From Eledone cirrhosa (Eukaryota): a stretch of DNA of 64,000 nt. Shown here piece after piece: positions 11,510-24,700 of this stretch; the first letter of the stretch is position 1, and every line of letters begins with the position of its first letter. The stretch is from contig OZ024741.1 in the NCBI GenBank assembly GCA_964016885.1, positions 246,450,001 through 246,514,000 of the forward strand, written 5' to 3'. The position numbers and the translations under genes were made by a program. The notes under the pieces are model-generated. The model had not been told where the DNA came from and made no database searches. It saw only the letters and a program-made list of their open reading frames with translations.

Positions 11510-14500
11510 TTTTACAAATTATCTCCCCCTGATTTTTTTTTACAAATTATCTCCCCCTGATTTTTTTTTACAACTTATCTGCGCCTGATTTTTTTAAAAA
11601 AATTATCTCCCCTTGGACGGCTGGAAATTATCTCCCCTTGGACGGCTGGAAATTATCTCTCCTTGGACGGCTAGAATTTACCTCTCCTTGGACGGCTGAA
11701 AATTATCTCCCCTTGGACGGCTGGAAATTATCTCCCCTTGATTTTTTTTACAAATTATCTCCCCCTGATTTTTTTTTACAAATTATCTCCCCCTGATTTT
11801 TTTTTACAAATTATCTCCCCCTGATTTTTTTTACAAATTATCTCCCCCTGATTTTTTTACAAATTATCTCCCCTTGGCTGGCTGGAAATTATCTCCCCTT
11901 GGAGGCTGGAACTTATCTCCCCTTGGACGGCTAGAAATTACCTCTCCTTGGACGGCTGGAAAATATGTCTCCTTGGACGGCTGGATATTATCTCACCTTG
12001 GACGGCTAGAAATTATCTCCCCTTGGACGGCAGGAAATTATCTCCCCTTGGATGGCTAGATATTACCTCCCCTTGGACGGCTGGAAATTATCTCCCCTTG
12101 ATTTTTTTTACAAATTATCTGCCCCTGATTTTTTTTTACAAATTATCTCCCCCTGATTTTTTTTTACAAATTATCTCCCCCTGATTTTTTTTTTAAAATT
12201 ATCTCCCCTTGGACGGCTGGAAATTATCTCCCCTTGGACGGCTAGAAATTACCTCTCCTTGGACGGCTGAAAATTATCTCCCCTTGGACGGCTGGAAATT
12301 ATCTCCCCTTGATTTTTTTACAAATTATTTCCCCCTGATTTTTTTTTACAAATTATCTCCCCCTGATTTTTTTTTACAAATTATCTCCCCCTGATTTTTT
12401 TTTACAAATTATCTACCCCTGATTTTTTTTACAAATTATCTCCCCCTGATTTTTTTTACAAATTATCTCCCCCTGATTTTTTTTTTTACAAATTATCTCC
12501 CCCTGATTTTTTTACAAATTATCTCCCCCTGATTTTTTTTACAAATTATCTCCGCCGGATTTTTTTAAATATTATCTTCCCTTGGCTGGCGGGAAATTAT
12601 CTCCCCTTGGACGGCTGAAAATTATCTCCCCTTGGACGGCTGGAAATTATCTCCCCTTGATTTTTTTTACAAATTATCTCCCCCTGACTTTTTTTTACAA
12701 ATTATCTCCCCCTGATTTTTTTTACAAATTATCTCCCCCTGATTTTTTTACAAATTATCTCCCCTTGGCTGGCTGGAAATTACCTCCCCTTGTAGGCTGG
12801 AATTTATCTCCCCTTGGACGGCTAGAAATTACCTCTACTTGGACGGCTGGAAAATATGTCTCCTTGGACGGCTGGATATTATCTCCCCTTGGACGGCTGG
12901 AAATTATCTCCCCTTGGACGGCTGGAAATTATCTCCCCTTGATTTTTTTTACAAATTATCTCCCCCTGATTTTTTTTACAAATCTCCCAGTGATTTTTAA
13001 AAAAAAATTATCTTCCCTTCGCTGGCTGGAAATTATCTCCCCTTGGACGCTGGAAATTATAGCCCCTTGGAGGGCTGGAAATTATCTTCCCTTGGACGGC
13101 TGGAAATTATCTCCCCTTGATTTTTTTTACAAATTATCTCCCCCTGATTTTTTTTTACAAATTATCTCCCCCTGATTTTTTTTTACAACTTATCTGCGCC
13201 TGATTTTTTTAAAAAAATTATCTCCCCTTGGACGGCTGGAAATTATCTCCCCTTGGACGGCTGGAAATTATCTCTCCTTGGACGGCTAGAATTTACCTCT
13301 CCTTGGACGGCTGAAAATTATCTCCCCTTGGACGGCTGGAAATTATCTCCCCTTGATTTTTTTTACAAATTATCTCCCCCTGATTTTTTTTTACAAATTA
13401 TCTCCCCCTGATTTTTTTTTACAAATTATCTCCCCCTGATTTTTTTTACAAATTATCTCCCCCTGATTTTTTTACAAATTATCTCCCCTTGGCTGGCTGG
13501 AAATTATCTCCCCTTGGAGGCTGGAACTTATCTCCCCTTGGACGGCTAGAAATTACCTCTCCTTGGACGGCTGGAAAATATGTCTCCTTGGACGGCTGGA
13601 TATTATCTCACCTTGGACGGCTAGAAATTATCTCCCCTTGGACGGCAGGAAATTATCTCCCCTTGGATGGCTAGATATTACCTCCCCTTGGACGGCTGGA
13701 AATTATCTCCCCTTGATTTTTTTTACAAATTATCTGCCCCTGATTTTTTTTTACAAATTATCTCCCCCTGATTTTTTTTTACAAATTATCTCCCCCTGAT
13801 TTTTTTTTTAAAATTATCTCCCCTTGGACGGCTGGAAATTATCTCCCCTTGGACGGCTAGAAATTACCTCTCCTTGGACGGCTGAAAATTATCTCCCCTT
13901 GGACGGCTGGAAATTATCTCCCCTTGATTTTTTTACAAATTATTTCCCCCTGATTTTTTTTTACAAATTATCTCCCCCTGATTTTTTTTTACAAATTATC
14001 TCCCCCTGATTTTTTTTTACAAATTATCTACCCCTGATTTTTTTTACAAATTATCTCCCCCTGATTTTTTTTACAAATTATCTCCCCCTGATTTTTTTTT
14101 TTACAAATTATCTCCCCCTGATTTTTTTACAAATTATCTCCCCCTGATTTTTTTTACAAATTATCTCCGCCGGATTTTTTTAAATATTATCTTCCCTTGG
14201 CTGGCGGGAAATTATCTCCCCTTGGACGGCTGAAAATTATCTCCCCTTGGACGGCTGGAAATTATCTCCCCTTGATTTTTTTTACAAATTATCTCCCCCT
14301 GACTTTTTTTTACAAATTATCTCCCCCTGATTTTTTTTACAAATTATCTCCCCCTGATTTTTTTACAAATTATCTCCCCTTGGCTGGCTGGAAATTACCT
14401 CCCCTTGTAGGCTGGAATTTATCTCCCCTTGGACGGCTAGAAATTACCTCTACTTGGACGGCTGGAAAATATGTCTCCTTGGACGGCTGGATATTATCTC

Positions 14501-15030
14501 CCCTTGGACGGCTGGAAATTATCTCCCCTTGGACGGCTGGAAATTATCTCCCCTTGATTTTTTTTACAAATTATCTCCCCCTGATTTTTTTTACAAATCT
14601 CCCAGTGATTTTTAAAAAAAAATTATCTTCCCTTCGCTGGCTGGAAATTATCTCCCCTTGGACGCTGGAAATTATAGCCCCTTGGAGGGCTGGAAATTAT
14701 CTTCCCTTGGACGGCTGGAAATTATCTCCCCTTGATTTTTTTTACAAATTATCTCCCCCTGATTTTTTTTTACAAATTATCTCCCCCTGATTTTTTTTTA
14801 CAACTTATCTGCGCCTGATTTTTTTAAAAAAATTATCTCCCCTTGGACGGCTGGAAATTATCTCCCCTTGGACGGCTGGAAATTATCTCTCCTTGGACGG
14901 CTAGAATTTACCTCTCCTTGGACGGCTGAAAATTATCTCCCCTTGGACGGCTGGAAATTATCTCCCCTTGATTTTTTTTACAAATTATCTCCCCCTGATT
15001 TTTTTTTACAAATTATCTCCCCCTGATTTT
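11510..15030 (+). repeat. Tandem higher-order repeat, period 1615 bp
   Basis: Identical ORFs at 11874/13489, 11948/13563, 12209/13824 and 12582/14197. Confidence 0.92.
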
Positions 15031-17496
15031 TTTTTACAAATTATCTCCCCCTGATTTTTTTTTACAAATTATCTCCCCCTGATTTTTTTACAAATTATCT
15101 CCCCTTGGCTGGCTGGAAATTATCTCCCCTTGGAGGCTGGAACTTATCTCCCCTTGGACGGCTAGAAATTACCTCTCCTTGGACGGCTGAAAATTATCTC
15201 CCCTTGGACGGCTGGAAATTATCTCCCCTTGATTTTTTTACAAATTATCTCCCCCTGATTTTTTTTTACAAATTATCTCCCCCTGATTTTTTTTTACAAA
15301 TTATCTACCCCTGATTTTTTTTTACAAATTATCTCCCCCTGATTTTTTTTTACAAATTATCTACCCCTGATTTTTTTTACAAATTATCTCCCCCCGATTT
15401 TTTTTACAAATTATCTCCCCCTGATTTTTTTTTTTACAAATTATCTCCCCCTGATTTTTTTACAAATTATCTCCCCCTGATTTTTTTTACAAATTATCTC
15501 CGCCGGATTTTTTTAAATATTATCTTCCCTTGGCTGGCGGGAAATTATCTCCCCTTGGACGGCTGAAAATTATCTCCCCTTGGATGGCTAGATATTACCT
15601 CCCCTTGGACGGCTGGAAATTATCTCCCCTTGATTTTTTTTACAAATTATCTGCCCCTGATTTTTTTTTACAAATTATCTCCCCCTGATTTTTTTTTACA
15701 AATTATCTCCCCCTGATTTTTTTTTTAAAATTATCTCCCCTTGGACGGCTGGAAATTATCTCCCCTTGGACGGCTAGAAATTACCTCTCCTTGGACGGCT
15801 GAAAATTATCTCCCCTTGGACGGCTGGAAATTATCTCCCCTTGATTTTTTTACAAATTATTTCCCCCTGATTTTTTTTTACAAATTATCTCCCCCTGATT
15901 TTTTTTTACAAATTATCTCCCCCTGATTTTTTTTTACAAATTATCTACCCCTGATTTTTTTTACAAATTATCTCCCCCTGATTTTTTTTACAAATTATCT
16001 CCCCCTGATTTTTTTTTTTACAAATTATCTCCCCCTGATTTTTTTACAAATTATCTCCCCCTGATTTTTTTTACAAATTATCTCCGCCGGATTTTTTTAA
16101 ATATTATCTTCCCTTGGCTGGCGGGAAATTATCTCCCCTTGGACGGCTGAAAATTATCTCCCCTTGGACGGCTGGAAATTATCTCCCCTTGATTTTTTTT
16201 ACAAATTATCTCCCCCTGACTTTTTTTTACAAATTATCTCCCCCTGATTTTTTTTACAAATTATCTCCCCCTGATTTTTTTACAAATTATCTCCCCTTGG
16301 CTGGCTGGAAATTACCTCCCCTTGTAGGCTGGAATTTATCTCCCCTTGGACGGCTAGAAATTACCTCTACTTGGACGGCTGGAAAATATGTCTCCTTGGA
16401 CGGCTGGATATTATCTCCCCTTGGACGGCTGGAAATTATCTCCCCTTGGACGGCTGGAAATTATCTCCCCTTGATTTTTTTTACAAATTATCTCCCCCTG
16501 ATTTTTTTTACAAATCTCCCAGTGATTTTTAAAAAAAAATTATCTTCCCTTCGCTGGCTGGAAATTATCTCCCCTTGGACGCTGGAAATTATAGCCCCTT
16601 GGAGGGCTGGAAATTATCTTCCCTTGGACGGCTGGAAATTATCTCCCCTTGATTTTTTTTACAAATTATCTCCCCCTGATTTTTTTTTACAAATTATCTC
16701 CCCCTGATTTTTTTTTACAACTTATCTGCGCCTGATTTTTTTAAAAAAATTATCTCCCCTTGGACGGCTGGAAATTATCTCCCCTTGGACGGCTGGAAAT
16801 TATCTCTCCTTGGACGGCTAGAATTTACCTCTCCTTGGACGGCTGAAAATTATCTCCCCTTGGACGGCTGGAAATTATCTCCCCTTGATTTTTTTTACAA
16901 ATTATCTCCCCCTGATTTTTTTTTACAAATTATCTCCCCCTGATTTTTTTTTACAAATTATCTCCCCCTGATTTTTTTTTACAAATTATCTCCCCCTGAT
17001 TTTTTTACAAATTATCTCCCCTTGGCTGGCTGGAAATTATCTCCCCTTGGAGGCTGGAACTTATCTCCCCTTGGACGGCTAGAAATTACCTCTCCTTGGA
17101 CGGCTGAAAATTATCTCCCCTTGGACGGCTGGAAATTATCTCCCCTTGATTTTTTTACAAATTATCTCCCCCTGATTTTTTTTTCACAAATTATCTCCCC
17201 CTGATTTTTTTTTACAAATTATCTACCCCTGATTTTTTTTTACAAATTATCTCCCCCTGATTTTTTTTTACAAATTATCTACCCCTGATTTTTTTTACAA
17301 ATTATCTCCCCCCGATTTTTTTTACAAATTATCTCCCCCTGATTTTTTTTTTTACAAATTATCTCCCCCTGATTTTTTTACAAATTATCTCCCCCTGATT
17401 TTTTTTACAAATTATCTCCGCCGGATTTTTTTAAATATTATCTTCCCTTGGCTGGCGGGAAATTATCTCCCCTTGGACGGCTGAAAATTATCTCCC
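13663..17496 (+). repeat. Tandem higher-order repeat, period 1917 bp (13663-15579 and 15580-17496), overlapping the 1615-bp repeat
   Basis: ORF pairs 13824/15741, 14197/16114 and 15105/17022; both copies start with TTGGATGGCTAGATATTACC. Confidence 0.92.
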
Positions 17497-18559
17497 CTTG
17501 GACGGCTGGAAATTATCTCCCCTTGATTTTTTTTACAAATTATCTCCCCCTGATTTTTTTTTACAAATTATCTCCCCCTGATTTTTTTACAAATTATCTC
17601 CCCTTGGCTGGCTGGAAATTACCTCCCCTTGTAGGCTGGAATTTATCTCCCCTTGGACGGCTGGAAATTATCTGCCCTTGATTTTCTTTTTACAAATTAT
17701 ATTCCACTGATTTTTTTTACAAATTATCTCCACCTGATTTTTTAAAAAATTATCTCCCCTTGGAAGGCTGGAAATTATCTCCCCTTGGACGGCTGGAAAT
17801 TATCTCCCCTTGGACGGCTAGAAATTATCTCTCCTTGGACGGCTGAAAATTATCTCCCCTTGGACGGCTGCAAATTATCTCCCCTTGATTTTTTTTACAA
17901 ATTATCTCCCCTTGATTTTTTTTACAAATTATCTCCCCCTGATTTTTTTACAAATTATCTCCGCCGGATTTTTTTAAATATTATCTTCCCTTGGCTGGCG
18001 GGAAATTATCTCCCCTTGGACGGCTGAAAATTATCTCCCCTTGGACGGCTGGAAATTATCTCCCCTTGATTTTTTTTACAAATTATCTCCCCCTGATTTT
18101 TTTTTACAAATTATCTCCCCCTGATTTTTTTACAAATTATCTCCCCTTGGCTGACTGGAAATTACCTCCCCTTGTAGGCTGGAATTTATCTCCCCTTGGA
18201 CGGCTAGAAATTACCTCTCCTTGGACGGCTGGAAAATATGTCTCCTTGGACGGCTGGATATTATCTCCCCTTGGATGGCTGGAAATTATCTCCCCTTGGA
18301 CGGCTGGAAATTATCTCCCCTTAATTTTTTTTACAAATTATCTCCCCCTGATTTTTTTTACAAATCTCCCAATGATTTTTTAAAAAAAATTATCTCCCCT
18401 TCGCTGGCTGGAAATTATCTCCCCTTGGAAGCTGGAAATTATAGCCCCTTGGAGGGCTGGAAATTATCTTCCCTTGGACGGCTGGAAATTATCTCCCCTT
18501 GATTTTTTTTACAAATTATCTCCCCCTGATTTTTTTTTACAAATTATCTCCCCCTGATT

Positions 18560-21500
18560 TTTTTTTACAAATTATCTCCCCCTGATTTTTTATTTACAAA
18601 TTATCTCCGCCTGATTTTTTTTTAAAAATTACCTCCCCTTGGACGGCTGGAAATTATCTCCCCTTGGACGGCTGGAAATTATCTCCCCTTGGACGGCTAG
18701 AAATTATCTCTCCTTGGACGGCTGAAAATTATCTCCCCTTGGACGGCTGCAAATTATCTCCCCTTGATTTTTTTTACAAATTATCTCCCCCTGATTTTTT
18801 TTACAAATTATCTCCCCCTGATTTTTTTTACAAATTATCTACCCCTGATTTTTTTTACAAATTATCTCCCCCTGATTTTTTTTTACAAATTATCTCCCCC
18901 TGATTTTTTTTTACAAATTATCTCCCCCTGATTTTTTTTTACAAATTATCTCCCCCTGATTTTTTTACAAAGTATCTCCCTCTGATTTTTTTTACAATCT
19001 CCGCCTGATTTTTTTTAAAATTATCTTCCCTTGGCTGGCGGGAAATTATCTCCACTTGGACGGCTGGAAATTATCTCCCCTTGGAAGGATGGAAATTATC
19101 TCCCCTTGGACGGCTGGAAATTATCTCCCCTTGCACGGCTGGAAATTATCTCCCCTTGGACGGCTAGAAATTATCTCTCTTTGGACGGCTGGAAATTATC
19201 TCCCTTTGATTTTTTTTACAAATTATCTCCCTCTGATTTTTTTTACAAATCTCCCCCTGATTTTTTTAAAAAAATTATCTCCCCTTCGCTGGCTGGAAAT
19301 TATCTCCCCTTGATTTTTTTTACAAATTATCTCCCCCTGATTTTTTTTTACAAATTATCTCCCCCTGATTTTTTTTACAAATTATCTCCGCCTGATTTTT
19401 TTAAATATTATCTTCCCTTGGCTGGCGGGAAATTATCTCCCCTTGGACGGCTGGAAATTATCTGCCCTTGATTTTCTTTTTACAAATTAACTTCCACTGA
19501 TTTTTTTTACAAATTATCTCCACCTGATTTTTTTAAAAATTATCTCCCCTTGGAAGGCTGGAAATTATCTCCCCTTGGCTGGAAATTATCTCCCCTTGGA
19601 CGGCTAGAAATTATCTCTCTTTGGACGGCTGGAAATTATCACCCCTTGAGTTTTTTACAAATTATCTCCCCCTGATTTTTTTTACAAATCTCCCAGTGAT
19701 TTTAAAAAAAAAATTATCTTCCCTTCGCTGGCTGGAAATTATCTCCCCTTGGACGCTGGAAATTATAGCCCCTTGGAGGGCTGGAAATTATCTTCCCTTG
19801 GACGGCTGGAAATTATCTCCCCTTGATTTTTTTTACAAATTATCTCCCCCTGATTTTTTTTTACAAATTATCTCCCCCTGATTTTTTTTTACAACTTATC
19901 TGCGCCTGATTTTTTAAAAAAAATTATCTCCCCTTGGACGGCTGGAAATTATCTCCCCTTGGACGGCTGGAAATTATCTCTCCTTGGACGGCTAGAATTT
20001 ACCTCTCCTTGGACGGCTGAAAATTATCTCCCCTTGGACGGCTGGAAATTATCTCCCCTTGATTTTTTTTACAAATTATCTCCCCCTGATTTTTTTTTAC
20101 AAATTATCTCCCCCTTATTTTTTTTTACAAATTATCTCCCCCTGATTTTTTATTTACAAATTATCTCCGCCTGATTTTTTTTTAAAAATTACCTCCCCTT
20201 GGACGGCTGGAAATTATCTCCCCTTGGACGGCTGGAAATTATCTCCCCTTGGACGGCTAGAAATTATCTCTCCTTGGACGGCTGAAAATTATCTCCCCTT
20301 GGACGGCTGCAAATTATCTCCCCTTGATTTTTTTTACAAATTATCTCCCCCTGATTTTTTTTACAAATTATCTCCCACTGATTTTTTTTACAAATTATCT
20401 ACCCCTGATTTTTTTTACAAATTATCTCCCCCTGATTTTTTTTTACAAATTATCTCCCCCTGATTTTTTTTTACAAATTATCTCCCCCTGATTTTTTTTT
20501 TACAAATTATCTCCCCCTGATTTTTTTACAAAGTATCTCCCTCTGATTTTTTTTACAATCTCCGCCTGATTTTTTTTAAAATTATCTTCCCTTGGCTGGC
20601 GGGAAATTATCTCCACTTGGACGGCTGGAAATTATCTCCCCTTGGAAGGATGGAAATTATCTCCCCTTGGACGGCTGGAAATTATCTCCCCTTGCACGGC
20701 TGGAAATTATCTCCCCTTGGACGGCTAGAAATTATCTCTCTTTGGACGGCTGGAAATTATCTCCCTTTGATTTTTTTTACAAATTATCTCCCTCTGATTT
20801 TTTTTACAAATCTCCCCCTGATTTTTTTAAAAAAATTATCTCCCCTTCGCTGGCTGGAAATTATCTCCCCTTGATTTTTTTTACAAATTATCTCCCCCTG
20901 ATTTTTTTTTACAAATTATCTCCCCCTGATTTTTTTTACAAATTATCTCCCCCTGATTTTTTTTTACAAATTATCTCCCCCTGATTTTTTTTACAAATTA
21001 TCTCCGCCTGATTTTTTAAAATATTATCTTCCCTTGGCTGGCGGGAAATTATCTCCCCTTGGACGGCTGGAAATTATCTGCCCTTGATTTTCTTTTTACA
21101 AATTAACTTCCACTGATTTTTTTTACAAATTATCTCCACCTGATTTTTTTAAAAATTATCTCCCCTTGGAAGGCTGGAAATTATCTCCCCTTGGCTGGAA
21201 ATTATCTCCCCTTGGACGGCTAGAAATTATCTCTCTTTGGACGGCTGGAAATTATCACCCCTTGAGTTTTTTACAAATTATCTCCCCCTGATTTTTTTTA
21301 CAAATCTCCCAGTGATTTTAAAAAAAAAATTATCTTCCCTTCGCTGGCTGGAAATTATCTCCCCTTGGACGCTGGAAATTATAGCCCCTTGGAGGGCTGG
21401 AAATTATCCTCCCTTGGACGGCTGGAAATTATCTCCCCTTGATTTTTTTTACAAATTATCTCCCCCTGATTTTTTTTTACAAATTATCTCCCCCTGATTT

Positions 21501-21740
21501 TTTTTTACAACTTATCTGCGCCTGATTTTTTTAAAAAAATTATCTCCCCTTGGACGGCTGGAAATTATCTCCCCTTGGACGGCTGGAAATTATCTCTCCT
21601 TGGACGGCTAGAATTTACCTCTCCTTGGACGGCTGAAAATTATCTCCCCTTGGACGGCTGGAAATTATCTCCCCTTGATTTTTTTTACAAATTATCTCCC
21701 CCTGATTTTTTTTTACAAATTATCTCCCCCTGATTTTTTT
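18560..21740 (+). repeat. Tandem higher-order repeat, period about 1560-1616 bp
   Basis: ORF pairs 18664/20224, 19031/20592 and 19621/21237; the offset change of about 55 bp equals two B units. Confidence 0.85.
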
Positions 21741-24700
21741 TTACAAATTATCTCCCCCTGATTTTTTTTACAAATTATCTCCCCCTGATTTTTTTTTACA
21801 AATTATCTCCCCCTGATTTTTTTTTACAAATTATCTCCCCCTGATTTTTTTTTACAAATTATCTCCCCCTGATTTTTTTTTACAAATTATCTCCCCCTGA
21901 TTTTTTTTACAAATTATCTCCCCCTGATTTTTTTTTACAAATTATCTCCGCCTGATTTTTTTTTAAAAATTACCTCCCCTTGGACGGCTGGAAATTATCT
22001 CCCCTTGGACGGCTGGAAATTATCTCCCCTTGGACGGCTAGAAATTATCTCTCCTTGGACGGCTGAAAATTATCTCCCCTTGGACGGCTGCAAATTATCT
22101 CCCCTTGATTTTTTTTACAAATTATCTCCCCCTGATTTTTTTTACAAATTATCTACCCCTGATTTTTTTTACAAATTATCTCCCCCTGATTTTTTTTTAC
22201 AAATTATCTCCCCCTGATTTTTTTTTACAAATTATCTCCCCCTGATTTTTCTTTTACAAATTATCTCCCCCTGATTTTTTTACAAAGTATCTCCCCCTGA
22301 TTTTTTTTACAATCTCCGCCTGATTTTTTTAAAAATTATCTTCCCTTGGCTGGCGGGAAATTATCTCCCCTTGGACGGCTGGAAATTATCTCCCCTTGGA
22401 AGGATGGAAATTATCTCCCCTTGGACGGCTGGAAATTATCTCCCCTTGCACGGCTGGAAATTATCTCCCCTTGGACGGATAGATATTACCTCCCCTTGGA
22501 CGGCTGGAAATTATCTCCCCTTGATTTTTTTACAAATTATCTCCCCCTGATTTATTTTACAAATCTCCCAATGATTTTTTAAAAAAAATTATCTCCCCTT
22601 CGCTGGCTGGAAATTATCTCCCCTTGGACGCTGGAAATTATAGCCCCTTGGAGGGCTGGAAATTATCTTCCCTTGGACGGCTGGAAATTATCTCCCCTTG
22701 ATTTTTTTTACAAATTATCTCCCCCTGATTTTTTTTACAAATTATCTCCCCCTGATTTTTTTTACAAATTATCTACCCCTGATTTTTTTTACAAATTATC
22801 TCCCCCTGATTTTTTTTTACAAATTATCTCCCCCTGATTTTTTTTTACAAATTATCTCCCCCTGATTTTTTTACAAATTATCTCCCCCTGATTTTTTTTA
22901 CAATCTCCGCCTGATTTTTTTAAAAATTATCTTCCCTTGGCTGGCTGGAAATTATCTCCCCTTGGACACTGGAAATTATAGCCCCTTGGAGGGCTGGAAA
23001 TTATCTTCCCTTGGACGGCTGGAAATTATCTCCCCTTGATTTTTTTTACAAATTATCTCCGCCTGATTTTTTTTTACAAATTATCTCCCCCTGATTTTTT
23101 TTTACAAATTATCTACCCCTGATTTTTTTTTACAAATTATCTCCCCCTGATTTTTTTTACAAATTATCTCCCCCTGATTTTTCTTTTACAAATTATCTCC
23201 CCCTGATTTTTTTACAAATTATCTCCCCCTGATTTTTTTTACAAATTATCTCCGCCTGATTTTTTTAAATATTATCTTCCCTTGGCTGGCGGGAAATTAT
23301 CTCCCCTTGGACGGCTGGAAATTATCTGCCCTTGATTTTCTTTTTACAAATTATCTTCCACTGATTTTTTTTACAAATTATCTCCACCTGATTTTTTAAA
23401 AAATTATCTCCCCTTGGAAGGCTGGAAATTATCTCCCCTTGGACGGCTGGAAATTATCTCCCCTTGGACGGCTAGAAATTATCTCTCCTTGGACGGCTGA
23501 AAATTATCTCCCCTTGGACGGCTGCAAATTATCTCCCCTTGATTTTTTTTACAAATTATCTCCCCCTGATTTTTTTTACAAATTATCTCCCCCTGATTTT
23601 TTTTACAAATTATCTACCCCTGATTTTTTTTACAAATTATCTCCCCCTGATTTTTTTTTACAAATTATCTCCCCCTGATTTTTTTTTACAAATTATCTCC
23701 CCCTGATTTTTTTTTTACAAATTATCTCCCCCTGATTTTTTTACAAATTATCTCCCCCTGATTTTTTTTACAATCTCCGCCTGATTTTTTTAAAAATTAT
23801 CTTCCCTTGGCTGGCGGGAAATTATCTCCCCTTGGACGGCTGGAAATTATCTCCCCTTGGAAGGATGGAAATTATCTCCCCTTGGACGGCTGGAAATTAT
23901 CTCCCCTTGCACGGCTGGAAATTATCTCCCCTTGGCTGAAAATTATCTCCCCTTGGACGGCTAGAAATTATCTCTCTTTGGACGGCTGGAAATTATCTCC
24001 CTTTGATTTTTTTTACAAATTATCTCCCTCTGATTTTTTTTACAAATCTCCCCCTGATTTTTTAAAAAAAATTATCTCCCCTTCGCTGGCTGGAAATTAT
24101 CTTCCCTTCGACGGCTGGAAATTATCTCCCCTTGATTTTTTTTACAAATTATCTCCGCCTGATTTTTTTTTTAAATTATCTCTCCTTGGACGGCTGGAAA
24201 TTATCTCCCCTTGATTTTTTTTACAAATAATCTCCCCCTGATTTTTTTTTATAAATTATTTCCCCCTGATTTTTTTTTACAAATTATCTACCCCTGATTT
24301 TTTTTTACAAATTATCTCCCCCTGATTTTTTTTACAAATTATCTCCCCCTGATTTTTCTTTTACAAATTATCTCCCCCTGATTTTTTTACAAATTATCTC
24401 CCCCTGATTTTTTTTACAAATTGTCTCCGCCTGATGTTTTTAAATATTATCTTCCCTTGGCTGGCGGGAAATTACCTCCCCTTGGACGGCTGGAAATTAT
24501 CTGCCCTTGATTTTCTTTTTACAAATTATCTTCCACTGATTTTTTTTACAAATTATCTCCACCTGATTTTTTAAAAAATTATCTCCCCTTGGAAGGCTGG
24601 AAATTATCTCCCCTTGGCTGGAAATTATCTCCCCTTGGACGGCTAGAAATTATCTCTCTTTGGACGGCTGGAAATTATCACCCCTTGAGTTTTTTACAAA

